Positions 50,601 through 63,171 of a stretch of 64,000 nucleotides of DNA are shown here, piece by piece. Under the pieces are notes generated by a model, which saw only the letters and a list, made by a program, of their open reading frames with translations, had not been told where the DNA came from and searched no databases. This DNA is from Monocercomonoides exilis PA203. Lineage: Eukaryota; Protista; Preaxostyla. Within the stretch, counting starts at the first letter, position 1. Each line of letters opens with the position of its first letter. A program made the position numbers and the translations under genes. The DNA lies in NCBI GenBank assembly GCA_001643675.2, contig LSRY02000014.1, positions 1,364,001-1,428,000 on the forward strand. The letters are read 5' to 3'.

Positions 50601-53600
50601 TTCTATTGATTATCCCATTCACTTCTGCCTCCCCTTCAAGCTGCATGATCACATGCACATCCTTCATCCGAGAAAACCCCACATCAACTGACAAGCACGG
50701 ATTTTCCTTCAATCCACAGTTCTGACCGTCGTTCCCTGTTCCATCCACAAACATATACGATCCCAAAGACGGGAACAAATAACTTATGATTGACCCTTCC
50801 TTGCTTGCATCAGAAAGCTCTTCAACCCACATCAGCTTCTGAACTGTCGCATTCGTAGCTGTTCCATACCATAACGTCGGAAGAAGTATCAGCCACGGTG
50901 ACTCACACACCAGATACACATCATCTCCCTTTTCTGCCACGCTGTTTCTGAACTCATTGTTTTTCATCGAATATGTGATGTTCGTGCTCTCAAACCTCAC
51001 ATACAGCCCTCCTCCCTTTCCGCTTCCAGATGGCACAGTGCACTTGTCCATCTTATTGCGCTCATACACAAACCTCCCTCCTTCTCTCACAATCATCACT
51101 ATTCCTCCTCCCATCGAACCATCTGCCTCACAACCACACTTTTCAAAAGTGCAGTTTGTAATCTCAATGCATTCTCCATTTTTCACATCCCCATTCATCA
51201 CCCCTCCATTTCCATTATTTCTCGTTATCTCCAAAAATGTGTTGTTCCTCATCGTCAGGCTCGCTCCACATCCCTCCTCTCTATTTCCAATCACAATCAT
51301 ATTCCCATCAGGAAATTCTGTCTCTTTCAGCATTGAGTTTGCAATCACTACTTCCTTCCCCTGCTTCAATTCCACCACACTCCCTCCTCCTTCCCTTGTA
51401 GTATTCCTAATTGTCACTTCATCAATCAGACCTTCCACACCAACCCCATCAATCACAATCATCCCTTTTCCAAGTGTCTCAAAGTTGAAATATTCACATT
51501 TCACCATCTCAATCTTTCCTCCTATGCAACAAACACATGTAACTTCAACTATCCCTTCTTCGGCTGAAAATGAGCATCCTTCAATTCTCAAAACATTGCC
51601 ACTGCACAGAAACACACTTTCCTTTGTCGATTCTTCGAATCTTGAAACAATAAATGCCAAATTGCAAAACTTCACATCTTGCATTGTTTCAATCATGCTT
51701 TCCTTTTCCCTATCACCTTCTCCTGATTCATTCACAACAACTTGCTGCATCTGCATCTCTCCGTCAATTATCATTGCCTGTGAATCAACAACAATTTCTT
51801 CTTCAATTGAAAAAGGCGACAGCAGACGCAACACAGCCAATGATGTTCCAAACAAGGCTTTCCCTGCATATTTCAGTGTGCTGCACGGAAAATCAAAATA
51901 CCCACATTTTGCGTGATCCATTCCTCCATCTCTCCCATGAACATATCCAATTGTGGGCTTTTCGCGAAACAGCACCACAAGCGGAATCAGCCGTCCGGCA
52001 TTTTCATTTTCCATTCCCATCAACTCTTGCAAGTCCGGATTCTTGTCAACTTCAACATCAAACGAAAAATTGAATGTTGTTTCATTCATAAGCTCTGACA
52101 AGCTCTCACACTCAATCATCACATTCTTGCCTCCAAAGCTTGCTGAATTAGCTGAGTCATCTGATCCAAAAGTCAACTTCGTCATTACAAAATCTCTTCC
52201 CCCTTCTTCACACCTCAGCATCACTCCCCCTCCATATCCTCCAACTGATCCTTCACCAATGGCTGAACACTTCCCAAAATATGTCTCACACTCCAAACTT
52301 CCCAGCCGCATCACTCCTGTTCCTTTCAGCACCACGCTTATTCCTCCCCCGCATCCCTTTGATGTTCCACAGCCTTCAATCTCAACATCATAAATACTCA
52401 TCATGCACTCATCACCAATCACTCCATTCACAACACTTCCATTCCCTTCCAATTCATTCACTCCCTGAAATGAGCTGTTTGTTATCGAAAGATCCCTTCC
52501 TTCTCTGTCACAAATGAATCCGCAATTTTTGTTTCCACAGCTTTGTGCTGTCACATTAGCCAGCAAAAGTGAATTCTCAGATGCATATTCAACAAGACCA
52601 TTTGCATCTGTCATCTGCGCATCACTGATAAAGACACTGTTCATCAATGCTTTTCCATTTCCTTTCAAGCACAGGATGGGAGCTGATGCAAACTGCACAG
52701 CTTCTATCCTGAATCCGACCATTGAAAGACTTCCACTTTGAAGGTGAATGAACGAATAATTGCACTGAGTCACAGAAGGCTCGCACTCAATTGCACATTC
52801 TTCAATTTGCAGCTCTCCACCAGCTCCTGATACTTGAAACACACTTGTTTGAGCAGATGGAAGCGATCCAGGAAGAACAAGCACAAACAGCTCAAACATG
52901 ACTCTCGAAAATACTTCAATCACACATTCACTTTCAGTCTCATTCCCCTTCATTTCCATCCTCGTTCTTGTTGCAACCCCACAAAACTTGTATCCTTCAC
53001 TTTCGTTCAGAATCACATTCTCTGAAAATGAATACGTTTCTCCAAATCGCACTTTTCTTTCTTTCCCCATCACTCTCTTCAATGCATAATCAACTGTTTG
53101 GCACCTGAACTCTTCAAATCCGCACACAACAACATCCACTCCACTGTTGCTCATGAACATCGCCTCAGGATCGTCTATAAGATAATATTTCAGTGGAATG
53201 ATCAAGTCTCCCCACTTTGAGTCAATCCCCATCGCCAACGAGCTGAGATCAGAAATGTGAATTGGAAATTGAATCTGTTCTTTTCTCACACTTGTTGCCA
53301 AATCTGGAGATAACACAAACAGATCTGCTCCATGCTCTGCCTCGTTCAATCTGAAAACAAGTGTTTCTGACAGCTCAAATCTTGCCTCAGAATCCAAAAG
53401 ATGAAGAAGCATCCCTCCTCCTCGCCCATTCGTTCCGCTTTCTGAGGGTGCACTGCATTCTTCAAACGTAGTCGATGAAACATTCAGCTCGCTCGCCTTA
53501 CCCAGCACCGCACACATTCCTCCTCCTCCATTTCCATTTCCACCCACTCTGCATCCTTTCAATGAGCAGTTCTCAACATCAACAACAAATCTGCTTGCCT

Positions 53601-56600
53601 TATCTGTTTGAAAAGAAACGCAAGCACCACCCCCAGATGTTCTCGTGATGTTATCAAATGATGTGTTCTTCAGCTTCAACAACGAGCACGCCTCAATGTG
53701 AATCATTCCACTCTTCTCCAAAGCACAATTTCCTAATGAACTATTTTGTATTGCTGCTGAACTGCTTGTGGTCATTCTGATCACTCCTCCACTCCCGCTT
53801 GCTCTCACATTATTCATTGCCAATCGATCAATGGTGCATTTCGCACTTCCATCCACAAGCACCATGAAACTTCCAAGCAACACATCTCTCTCAGCACCAC
53901 ATCTCAGCCTCAGTATCTGCACATACCCACCGCTCGCTCTGATAAATGCATACCCAATCTCATTAGCATTGCCCATCCCATCAATCGCACAGTCAATAAT
54001 TCTCATGTCTCCGGCCAACGAATATACAAATGTGGAACGCCCTGAAATCGATTGCCCCAGCTCAAAGGTGATGTTTGTGAGTGTTGTCGTCACATTGTTT
54101 TTCACCAACCAGTCGTGCTCTTTTGGTTCTGTTGTCTCCACTCGCAATCCAATAGCTTTGTCACTCGAATCCATCTCATATGACTGCTCGCTCAAAGTTA
54201 TTTCCTCCTCAAATCCAAATATACCCGCAAGCCTCACAACTCGTTTCGAGTTGGGAAACCGATACTCAGCAGCTTTTTCAATTGTATTGCACGGGTAATC
54301 AGCAAAACCGCACAGTCTGAAATCATTTCCATTTGCTTTCCCACTCACATATGCTGGTGATTGAAAAGTTCGCAGAAACAAGGCAAGTGGAATGATCATC
54401 TCAGGATTATCTCTTTCAACTCCGCTCAACTCACTGAAGTCTGTCGCATTAATCCCAATTTGGGGATGAAATCCAATTGAAGTGCTGTTGATCACAGCTG
54501 ACAAAACCTGTGCTTCCACAAACACATTCTTTCCCTTCCAGGCATCACATCCATCAAAGAAGCAAAGCTCAATCCTGAAACTGCATTCGTTGCTCAGGCA
54601 AGTCAGATGCATCGCCCCTCCTTTTCCTTTCTTTGATTCATCAGCAGGCGATGAGCACGATTCAAACATGATATTTGAATTGTCTCCAATTCGCAATTCG
54701 CTTCCTGTTTGCATCGAAATATGCATCCCTCCACCATCGCCATTTGCACAAGAGCAGCTTTTCAGCGTTGTGTTTGATAAGCCAAAAGAGCACTCAGAAT
54801 CCAATGAACTGGAGAAAATAGACCCACTTCCAGTGGTTCTTGTGATATTCTCAAAGGTCACATTCACTATTCTCGGTGAAATTGTTGAAGATAGTTCAAC
54901 TTCACTGAAGATTGGCACTGAAAGAACCATATTCCGAATCTCCATATTTCTCAGTGAAATGCAATTCATATTCAACACAAATGGTGATGTATCTATTTCA
55001 CTCCCTCCTGACTCAGATCCTGGGGATAAAATGAGAACATCAGACAAAGAAAGCACTCCTGCGGAAGAGCTCACCACAAAAAGTCGTGGAGATGGATGTG
55101 CTGTTGAATCATGTTGGATTTGAATTGCTGTTATCATCAAACTCCCACTCGACACGCTGAATAAAACTGAAGAGGCTTCCAAGGATTGTGTTCGAACAAT
55201 TGAGTTAAGATGGCTTTCCCCAGAAACTTCAATGTGCTTTTCTCCACAGTCAATCGAAACAAGCGGAACAAACATGGAAGCCAACAGCTTCACTCCTTGA
55301 ACCGTGGCATATCCTGAATTGCTCACAGCTCTTTCAATCGTTTTGCAAGGTTTGTCTTCCGATTTCCCACAAAGCAACTCAGCATCACTTCCGTTGCTGG
55401 AAACATAACGCTTCAGCAACCCCTTTCCAAGCCAGAAATCATAATCTGTTTGACTGCTATTAAACCAAATTCTTTGGCATTCCGTGGTTGTGAAGGATAA
55501 TTCAAATGGACAGTCAATCAAATTTGGATAAATAACATAAACATCATGTCCATTTCCATTTCCTGCTGTATTTCCATCAAAAAAGCAATATTTCATAAAA
55601 ATAAAATGTTCACCAATTTGCATGCTTTTGTACTGATATATTTGAAATGCCCCACCATCATTTCCAGCAATATTCCCCTGGAAGGCAGATTCTTTCAACA
55701 TAAACGAAGTGTCAATTTCGTATTCCACTAATAAGGCTCCTGCGGAAGATCCTGCTTTGTTCTTAAAAAATGTGCATTTATCGACTAAAAATGGATCAAC
55801 TTTCATTCCATCTCTACCAAAAATCATCACTAACCTCATAGCACCTGCATAATGGTCGCTAGAGTTGCAATTATCAAAAATACATCCAGAGATCAATATA
55901 AAACCCTCTGAAAAATTATGACATTGAAGAGCACCAACTCCGTTTGAAGTTGAATAGCAAAAAGAAAAAATTGTATTTTCAACAGTCACACCACAAGCAG
56001 CTTCTGCATATACAGCACCAATATGAGGAGCTGTGCAACTTCACGTATACATGTTGATAATTGTTCATAAACAAACAAAATGAAGAAATATCATCAAATG
56101 AATTAAAAGAAATGGAAAAAATTATAGAATGAAATTATAAATCTTTATAATTCGTTAAATTATGTAAAAAGCATACGAAATAAACTCACATCTTCTTACA
56201 GTTAATTGAACTTTCAAATGTGACACATAAATTCCTCCACCATAATCGAAAGAAATGCATCCATCAAATGTATCGTCTTCAAATGTTTCTGACTGTGTCA
56301 GAATTTGATGCCCAGATTCTCCTGAATAGAGTGCATTAGCATTTGCATTTGCATTTCTGATGCATCGTTGATATGTGTTGTTGGATGAGCACAATGTTGT
56401 GCCTTCAGTGTTTATTGATCGAATAACACCTCCATAAAACACGTCGCAAACTTCACAGAACGAGCATCCTGAAATCGAGTTCAAACTCTCTGAAATAGAA
56501 GAAGGAATTCTGATTGTTTGTGCTGAAGCGATCGAAATGTTACAAAAAGAAGATCTTTCCAAGTCCACATTTTCCTTTCCTGATGAAGAAAGAAACGGAG

Positions 56601-57174
56601 AAGATTGCAGTTGCAGAGACGAAAAAGCAGAATTCGATATGCTCACTCTGTTTGATGTTTCGTGTGTTAAAAACGCTTCAGTTGGATGGGAAGCTATCAA
56701 TGAAGGAATGCATTTTTCAGCAGCAGATGTTGTGAGTGAAATGTTCTCACAACACAAACAACCACCAGTTTGCGCGAATGGAGGAATGCATCTTTTTGCT
56801 GAATGTTTCATCGAGCAACAGCTCAAAGACACAGAAGATTCGTAGATGAAAAACACTGAATTTTTCTCTCTTACACAAATCTCAACATTCCATACTGAAA
56901 AAGTGGAATTCATTATGTGCATGCTCACATCAATTCGAGTCGAACTCCCGCAGCTTTGACTCTCTCTCCCATCATTTTTCTCCATATCCCCTGGTGGATT
57001 GCCGTTATTGTGCAGCATCTGCAAAGAATTTGGGGGAATAAATAGAAGCAAATTTGATGTTTCCCTTGCTTCCTCACTCTCCTTTGGCCTGAAATTATCC
57101 GTCATACCTCCACATGTTGCCATTTTGGTAATAAAAGGCAGAAGCACAACAAACAGATAATTTGATGCTTTCAT
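44632..57174 (-). CDS. Giant type-I membrane protein (~4,130 aa): signal peptide, repeated pectin-lyase/PMP-like beta-helix modules, one TM helix, C-terminal degenerate kinase-like domain
   Basis: ORFs 56155-57195 and 44632-55989 join in frame via intron 56039-56176 (CEFIS|CTAPHIG). It has a hydrophobic N-terminus MKASNYLFVVLLPF, recurring 'VS..G.D...CG....PC.T' and GGG/FxxN motifs, the TM YWLLIVCVVVVIILLVVIIVLVV, and a kinase C-lobe RWKAPELL...VAFSIGMMVWECLTLDIPF...GERP...RPTL. Confidence 0.85.
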
Positions 57175-57499
57175 GTTCAAGAAAGCGCTCTTCAAAATCT
57201 TGAATAATTTTGATCATGCCCATAACTACAATTACGATGCATTTTCTCCCTTTCTTGCTTCAACATCGGATTTTGTTGCTTCTCTCTTCTAATAAAGCAA
57301 AAAGGATAAAATGTTATCTTTATGAAGAAAAAATATTTGAAGAATCCAAAAATAAAAAAGAGTGAATATATGAAAGATAAAAAGAAAAAGAAAAAAGAGA
57401 AAAAGAAAAATATTTCCATTGCATACCCTTTTAATCCACATGAAGTGTATTCTGAAAGGATGAGAAATGATCCCAAATCGAAATAACATTGAATAGATT

Positions 57500-59881
57500 T
57501 CGCAAACAAATGCTGGAAAAAACATGGAGGAATTGAATTCCATCATAAGAAGCAAACTCTCCAGCAAAAGGAAAGATCATGAGCGTTGAATCGAATGAAC
57601 AGGGGAAATGTGAGTTAAAAATGAAGATGCGCTTCGATTTTGCAAAAGATACTCAAAGCTGTAAAAAGGCATTGTTGATCGTTCGAAGAAGATGATGATT
57701 GAGAAAATTGTGCCTCTTCCACTCAAATCTGAAAAAATGATCTTCTGAAATCACTTTCCTTCAAAATTCCTTTCCATTTATTTTTCAACTTTCAACAGAC
57801 ATTTTCTTGCATTATTCAGTATTTTTCTTCTTCTTTTCTTTTTCTGTTTCACTGTTTTACTGTTTCCTTTTTCCTTTTTCCTTTCTTCATCAACAATTTG
57901 TTCATCTTCTTCACAAGCATTCTCATCATTATTTGGTTGCAATGTCTTCGTACTTCAACATCTTTGACTCAATGCCTGCATGTTCTGCTCCTTCCTTCTC
58001 TTCCTCTTTCGAAATAAACAGCATCCACTCATTCCAACAAAAATCATTTTTTTAAATCTCTTTATCTTGATAAAGTGGTGCATTCTCCTTGAATCTTTTT
58101 GATGGAGGTGTTCAGAGCATTTTTCTTGCTGAATCTTCCACATCTCAACTGCTGGGAAGCTGCTGAAAATCGATGTTCAAATAGCTGGTTTAAGAAATGA
58201 AAATGTGAGAGGAAACTCACCAAAAGCAGAAAAAGCAGTCCAAGAAATTGAATCTCTTCAATGCATCAGCACAAGCCTTCAAGAATGCACAACGAAAATA
58301 TCAAATGCTATTGTCATTTATTCTTTTTCTTGGGAAGATAAAATATACCATCATGAAAAAGAGAAGGCAATAATTATTAAAATGCGAGGAAACAGAATAC
58401 TGAATAAATATTTGAATAATTACTCAAAATGAAGTTCAATGCAAACCTCACAAGTACTTCAAGCAAACAGTTTCTTGCAAATGATATTCAAAATTCGGTT
58501 TTCTGAATGCTTTCACCAATGTTGCAATTGAACGGAAATTCAACTTTGCTGTTGCCTTTTGCTTGGCCAATCCTTTCTTATTTTTCTGATATTCTTTTTT
58601 ATTGTTTCATTCCGTTTTAAGTCCATTTCTTTCTTCAATTTCTTTGATCTTCTTGGAGTCCAATCTGCCTTTATGCTTTTTTCCTCATTCGTCAAACAGC
58701 TCCCTTTTCAAAAGTTCTTTTAATCAGATCAAAGATTTCTTTGCTTTGCTTTTCCTTTCGCTTTTCCATTCAAATCATAAACCAATTTCCAAGTTTCTCA
58801 TTTGCCTAGTTTTTTCTCTTTTGCATCATTCACAATTCTTTTGGAGGCATTCCATTTAATGCCCTTCTTCTGTCCAACTTTGCAGCAAGCCTTCTTCGCG
58901 AATGACTTTGAGGCGAAATTTGACTTTTCTTCTGAAAAAGAACTTATCAATGGAAAATGAATAAGAAGAAAACCATTTGCATTCACCAAAACGGAAAATT
59001 AGAAATTGAAAAATTGTAATTAAAAGCAAACTTTGATTTCTCAGCCACCAAACGAAAATGGAAATTTGTTAAAAAAAAATGGTTTTTGTCTGATGAAAAT
59101 GAATAATGTCAGTGATAAATCCAATGAAGATTGCACGAATCAATAAAATTGAAGTCCTGTGATAAAATAGATTTAAAAGAATGCTGGCAAAAGGTAATCC
59201 CAAGTGTGCATCTGGATGCATAAGTGCAGAAAACTGATGGAATTCAAGATTCTGAGTTTTGAAGCTTTGACGGATGAGGCTTTCAGAGGAATTCAAAAGA
59301 ATAATGAGCATTTCGTGAAGTCCACTGCTCTTTTGTTGAAAATACAAATAAACTTTCAAATAGCCCAATATCTGTGATTCTGCATCCTTCAATTGAATCA
59401 CAGACATTTTCTCTTTTCCTTAGTGTGAGAGACATTTGATTTTTTGTGTGTATTATCGCTCTGAATGACAAATTGTTGCTGACACCAAAATCCTTTTCAG
59501 CAAAAAAATGCAAGTTTTGAGTTTTAAGACTCTGTCAGATTTGAAAATGTGTTTTCAATGACTTGTGGTCAATTGCATCCCAGTTTTGAATTTGCCAATA
59601 AAGATGATAACGAAAAAAACGGAATAATTTATAAAATTGGTAAAAGATATCTTTCTACTCGACATGGTTCACCGAAACAAAGTCCATTTATGCAAATTGG
59701 GATGGCGATTCCATTTTCATGTATAGCAGATTCACTTCCGCTTTAATGGCAAAGATTTTGGTAATTAATTCTGAATGAATTGTTATATTTTATTATGGGG
59801 AAATTGAATTTTTTGGATGAAAACCACATTTTTAAAAACAATGAAATAAAAAACAAACGCAATATCCATAAAATGGAAGAG
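57500..59881 (-). mobile_element. Degenerate MULE-like transposon remnant (copy B; left boundary approximate)
   Basis: 58744-59881 is a diverged copy of 1-1185. A SWIM-finger-like relic STCEVCIELHFE*LFKYLFSI lies at ~58395-58458 on the minus strand, downstream of the transposase-like segment as in MULEs. Confidence 0.5.
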
Positions 59882-60183
59882 AGAAAACAAACACTAAGTG
59901 ACGTGAAGAAATAAATTTGTCACGTCCGTCATTAATTTTCCACAAAAAAAAAAAAGAAAAAAAAATACATGATTTGAATAAAAACAAAACATATGTGTAT
60001 TTTGCATTTTCGAAACAGTGCTAAAGATTCAAATATGACGTTTTTGCATTTATTCAATCTTACAAATATATTTTGCTGTAAAAATCCATTTGAAACAAGT
60101 GTTTTTCAGCTTAACTTGAAAGAAAGTAAAAGACAAAGGAAATGAAAAATATAATTTTATTTTATGTAATTGATCATTGAAAA

Positions 60184-63171
60184 ATGTCAAGTCTTTTTTC
60201 TGTTGTGTCTAGGGCTCACAAGCCTTTTACTGTTCACTGTTTGCTATTATCTGGTAAAAAGATTTCTTGTAATGTGGGTACACACTTTAGAGTTTTGGAT
60301 TTGAAAGTTTTGATTGAAAGAACCGAAGGGATTCCAGCTGATGATATACGCTTTATATTTTGTGGAAAATCGTTAGAAAATGGAAGGAAGTTAGTCTATT
60401 ATGGCATTTGTGAACAATCTGTTATTCATCTTGTTCTTCGATTAAGAAATCATTCATGGAATTTTTGTGAAATTGTTGCGAAAGTACCGAAATATTTTTG
60501 CATTCATATTCTGCTTCAAAAAGGAAGATCAAATGAAATTGGTGATACGAATATTCAATCATTTATTCAAGAGCAATTGAACATTAATCACTTTTTTTTT
60601 AAAGTTGGTGATAAAAAAGGAGGAAATCTTGAATCCGGCTTAAAACGAGTTTTCGATCCATTTATCAGAATTGAAAATTACGATACGAAATTTTATCTCA
60701 GTTCCGAAAGGGAAGGTGCAGTTTATGATTCTCTAAAGCTTGATCCTTGGAAAGTTTTTCATAAAAAACTTTTATCCTTTCATTCAAATTCATTTCAGTT
60801 TGATCACATATGCAATATTTTGAAATCTATTTTGAATCATATTTCAAAAGCAGATTGCGAAAATGTGGCAATTAGAGGTAATTTTCGGAATTTTATAGAG
60901 AGAATACTTCAGAAAGAGAAGTTGACAAGCAATTACGAATTGGATGAAAAACAAACAAAATTTGTTCGAAGCCTGCAACTGATAAATGATATTCTACGAT
61001 TCATAATGCAAGCCGTTGTCATGTCCGTCCTTAATAATATTACAGAAACATTTGGTAATTCTGTTAATGACAGGAGAAATGCGGAAAACTCGGCAATTTT
61101 GTGGCAACTGGAAAATAGAACCATGAATGACTTGGCATTAAACCCGCTCTTTATATGTTTATCGGAAAGTGGAGTCTATTCGTGGATGTACAACGTTATA
61201 AAGTCTTTTAGGAAAAGTGGCTTGCCAAAGGAATTAAAAGCCAAATTGAAAACGCCTGACAGTATATTTTTGACATCTGAAAAAGATGTTCAAAGCGTAA
61301 TGACACACATGAAGCAATTTGTTCGTTCGTTACCGCCAGTGTTTAGAGAGCTGCTGTTTTCGTCGTCTGTTCTGATAACAATTAGCATTTCTGAGAATGT
61401 GGCAGACGTCTGCTCGTATGCATTTGCGTTGGCGTTTTTGTGTGCTGTGATTGAAGATGATGGTTCCTCAGAATTCAAACAAAAATCACAACAACAGCCA
61501 CATACAGAACAGCCGCCCCAAAGAACGGAATCTTCCTCGCACTCTTTGTTTTTCTCTTGCCATCGTCATGACACTTGTACCGATTGTGATTGCAGATGGG
61601 AATTGAGCGATTTTGAGGTTGCTGTGTGTGTACTGATGTTGCAGTCGTATGGCAAAAAAATTTTTGTTCTAAAACAGGTGTTGTCCGATGAGGCAGCAAT
61701 GCATGTTTTTCAGAAGTGTTTGAGGCTGACCGAAAGAAGAATTAGCGAAATCAATTGCTCTAAAGATGAAATATTGCGTTCATCGTCAGCGATTTCTTCT
61801 TCTTCTTCTTCTTCTTCTTCTTCTTCTTCTTCTTGCCCATCGGAGACATCGTATTCAACACTTCCGCCTCTGACAAACCAACCGTCTTCTATTCACCCGA
61901 CCGTGGCAGTGGCTGCTGCATTGGTGTATTACACGATGATTCGCCGTGTTCTGTTTGATAGCATTGCTGCTTCTGATAAAACTTCTGATACTGTTTCTCC
62001 AAAATCTTTGGCTGTCGCTGCGAATGTGAAGAAATTTCTCTATTCACATGTGAATAATATAATTTATGATGTCCGCCTTTTCATGTATAAATTGCTGAAG
62101 AAATGTGAGGCCAGAATTAATGAAAGCACGTTTGTTGTCTCTTCAAGTACGACATCCTCATCAGAGTCTGTTCAAATATCGAATGGGGATGCTTCTTCTT
62201 CTGCTTCTGCTTCTTCTGCTTCTTCTGCTTCTGTTTCTACTTCTGTTTCATGTTGTCCTTTAAAAGGTTCGTTTCACGAGCAGCTGCCTTTTCTTCGAAG
62301 GCTGTCGAGTGCGCAAATAATTGTTTATGTTATGAAGCTTATCACTTGCATGTTGCTGATCCATAAGACGCATGAGAAGCAATACGATCCGCAGGGAAGA
62401 AATATTGCGTGGTTGACGGCTCTTGCGCAGATGCAGATGTTCTTTCGAAAGAAAATAACAGAAATCATAAGAAAAAGCAAGGCAAAATCTCAGGCAGCTC
62501 TAAAGGAAGTGGAGGAAGAAGGCATTTTCTGCGGAGAGTTTGAACCAACTTTGGCGTGTTTTGGATATAATCATAACGCAACAGCCATTCATTTATTGAG
62601 TCACGAAGTTGGAATTACAGTAAATTCGTCAAATTTGTTGTTATTTTTGCGTGGGAAAGATATTAAATATGAGTCTGAGTCAAAAACAGTGGATCCTGAA
62701 GCAGAGAGGATTGAGACAGAAATGTTGACTGAAATGAATGCTGACATAATTAACTGTACCAAAATGAAAGGTGCTATTGAAACTCGCAAGAATGAGCCTC
62801 GTTCTGTGTTAGAAGTTGCTATTGATTATACTGCTGAGATGGCTTCTGAAGTATTCAACGAGTCGCAAGCACTCGATGGTTTCGATATCATATTCAATAT
62901 TTGCAGTGCTATTTATCCGGAGAAACACAAAACGTCCATAAACAACGAAAGCCGAAAAAAGTCATCTATTTCTGAGGTTGAAAGCAAGCAGTTGAAAGAT
63001 TCGCCTTTCTTCATTGAAGAAGTTAGTGCACAACGGATAATACGCGAAGAGTGTGAAGAGAATGGAATTAGCGATCTGTTTCTCCTTTTGGCTCATCTTC
63101 CGTCTAAAAATACTTCTCTTTTAGAATCACGTGCATATTTCTATTTCTCTTCAATTGGTTTGGTGCTGTGA
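60184..63171 (+). CDS. Protein with an N-terminal ubiquitin-like domain and an unknown helical C-terminal region
   Basis: LSGKKISCNV...VLDLKVLIERTEGIPADDIRFIFCGKSLENGRKLVYYGICEQSVIHLVLRLR closely follows ubiquitin. The 995-aa frame is open, though an unrecognised in-frame intron is possible. Confidence 0.8.
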   Translation: MSSLFSVVSRAHKPFTVHCLLLSGKKISCNVGTHFRVLDLKVLIERTEGIPADDIRFIFCGKSLENGRKLVYYGICEQSVIHLVLRLRNHSWNFCEIVAKVPKYFCIHILLQKGRSNEIGDTNIQSFIQEQLNINHFFFKVGDKKGGNLESGLKRVFDPFIRIENYDTKFYLSSEREGAVYDSLKLDPWKVFHKKLLSFHSNSFQFDHICNILKSILNHISKADCENVAIRGNFRNFIERILQKEKLTSNYELDEKQTKFVRSLQLINDILRFIMQAVVMSVLNNITETFGNSVNDRRNAENSAILWQLENRTMNDLALNPLFICLSESGVYSWMYNVIKSFRKSGLPKELKAKLKTPDSIFLTSEKDVQSVMTHMKQFVRSLPPVFRELLFSSSVLITISISENVADVCSYAFALAFLCAVIEDDGSSEFKQKSQQQPHTEQPPQRTESSSHSLFFSCHRHDTCTDCDCRWELSDFEVAVCVLMLQSYGKKIFVLKQVLSDEAAMHVFQKCLRLTERRISEINCSKDEILRSSSAISSSSSSSSSSSSSCPSETSYSTLPPLTNQPSSIHPTVAVAAALVYYTMIRRVLFDSIAASDKTSDTVSPKSLAVAANVKKFLYSHVNNIIYDVRLFMYKLLKKCEARINESTFVVSSSTTSSSESVQISNGDASSSASASSASSASVSTSVSCCPLKGSFHEQLPFLRRLSSAQIIVYVMKLITCMLLIHKTHEKQYDPQGRNIAWLTALAQMQMFFRKKITEIIRKSKAKSQAALKEVEEEGIFCGEFEPTLACFGYNHNATAIHLLSHEVGITVNSSNLLLFLRGKDIKYESESKTVDPEAERIETEMLTEMNADIINCTKMKGAIETRKNEPRSVLEVAIDYTAEMASEVFNESQALDGFDIIFNICSAIYPEKHKTSINNESRKKSSISEVESKQLKDSPFFIEEVSAQRIIREECEENGISDLFLLLAHLPSKNTSLLESRAYFYFSSIGLVL

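Noticed and set aside
59900-59926. GACGTGA...TCACGTC short inverted repeat upstream of the UBL gene
   Set aside because: The 7-bp arms are too short to distinguish from chance. It could be a promoter motif, but nothing supports that.
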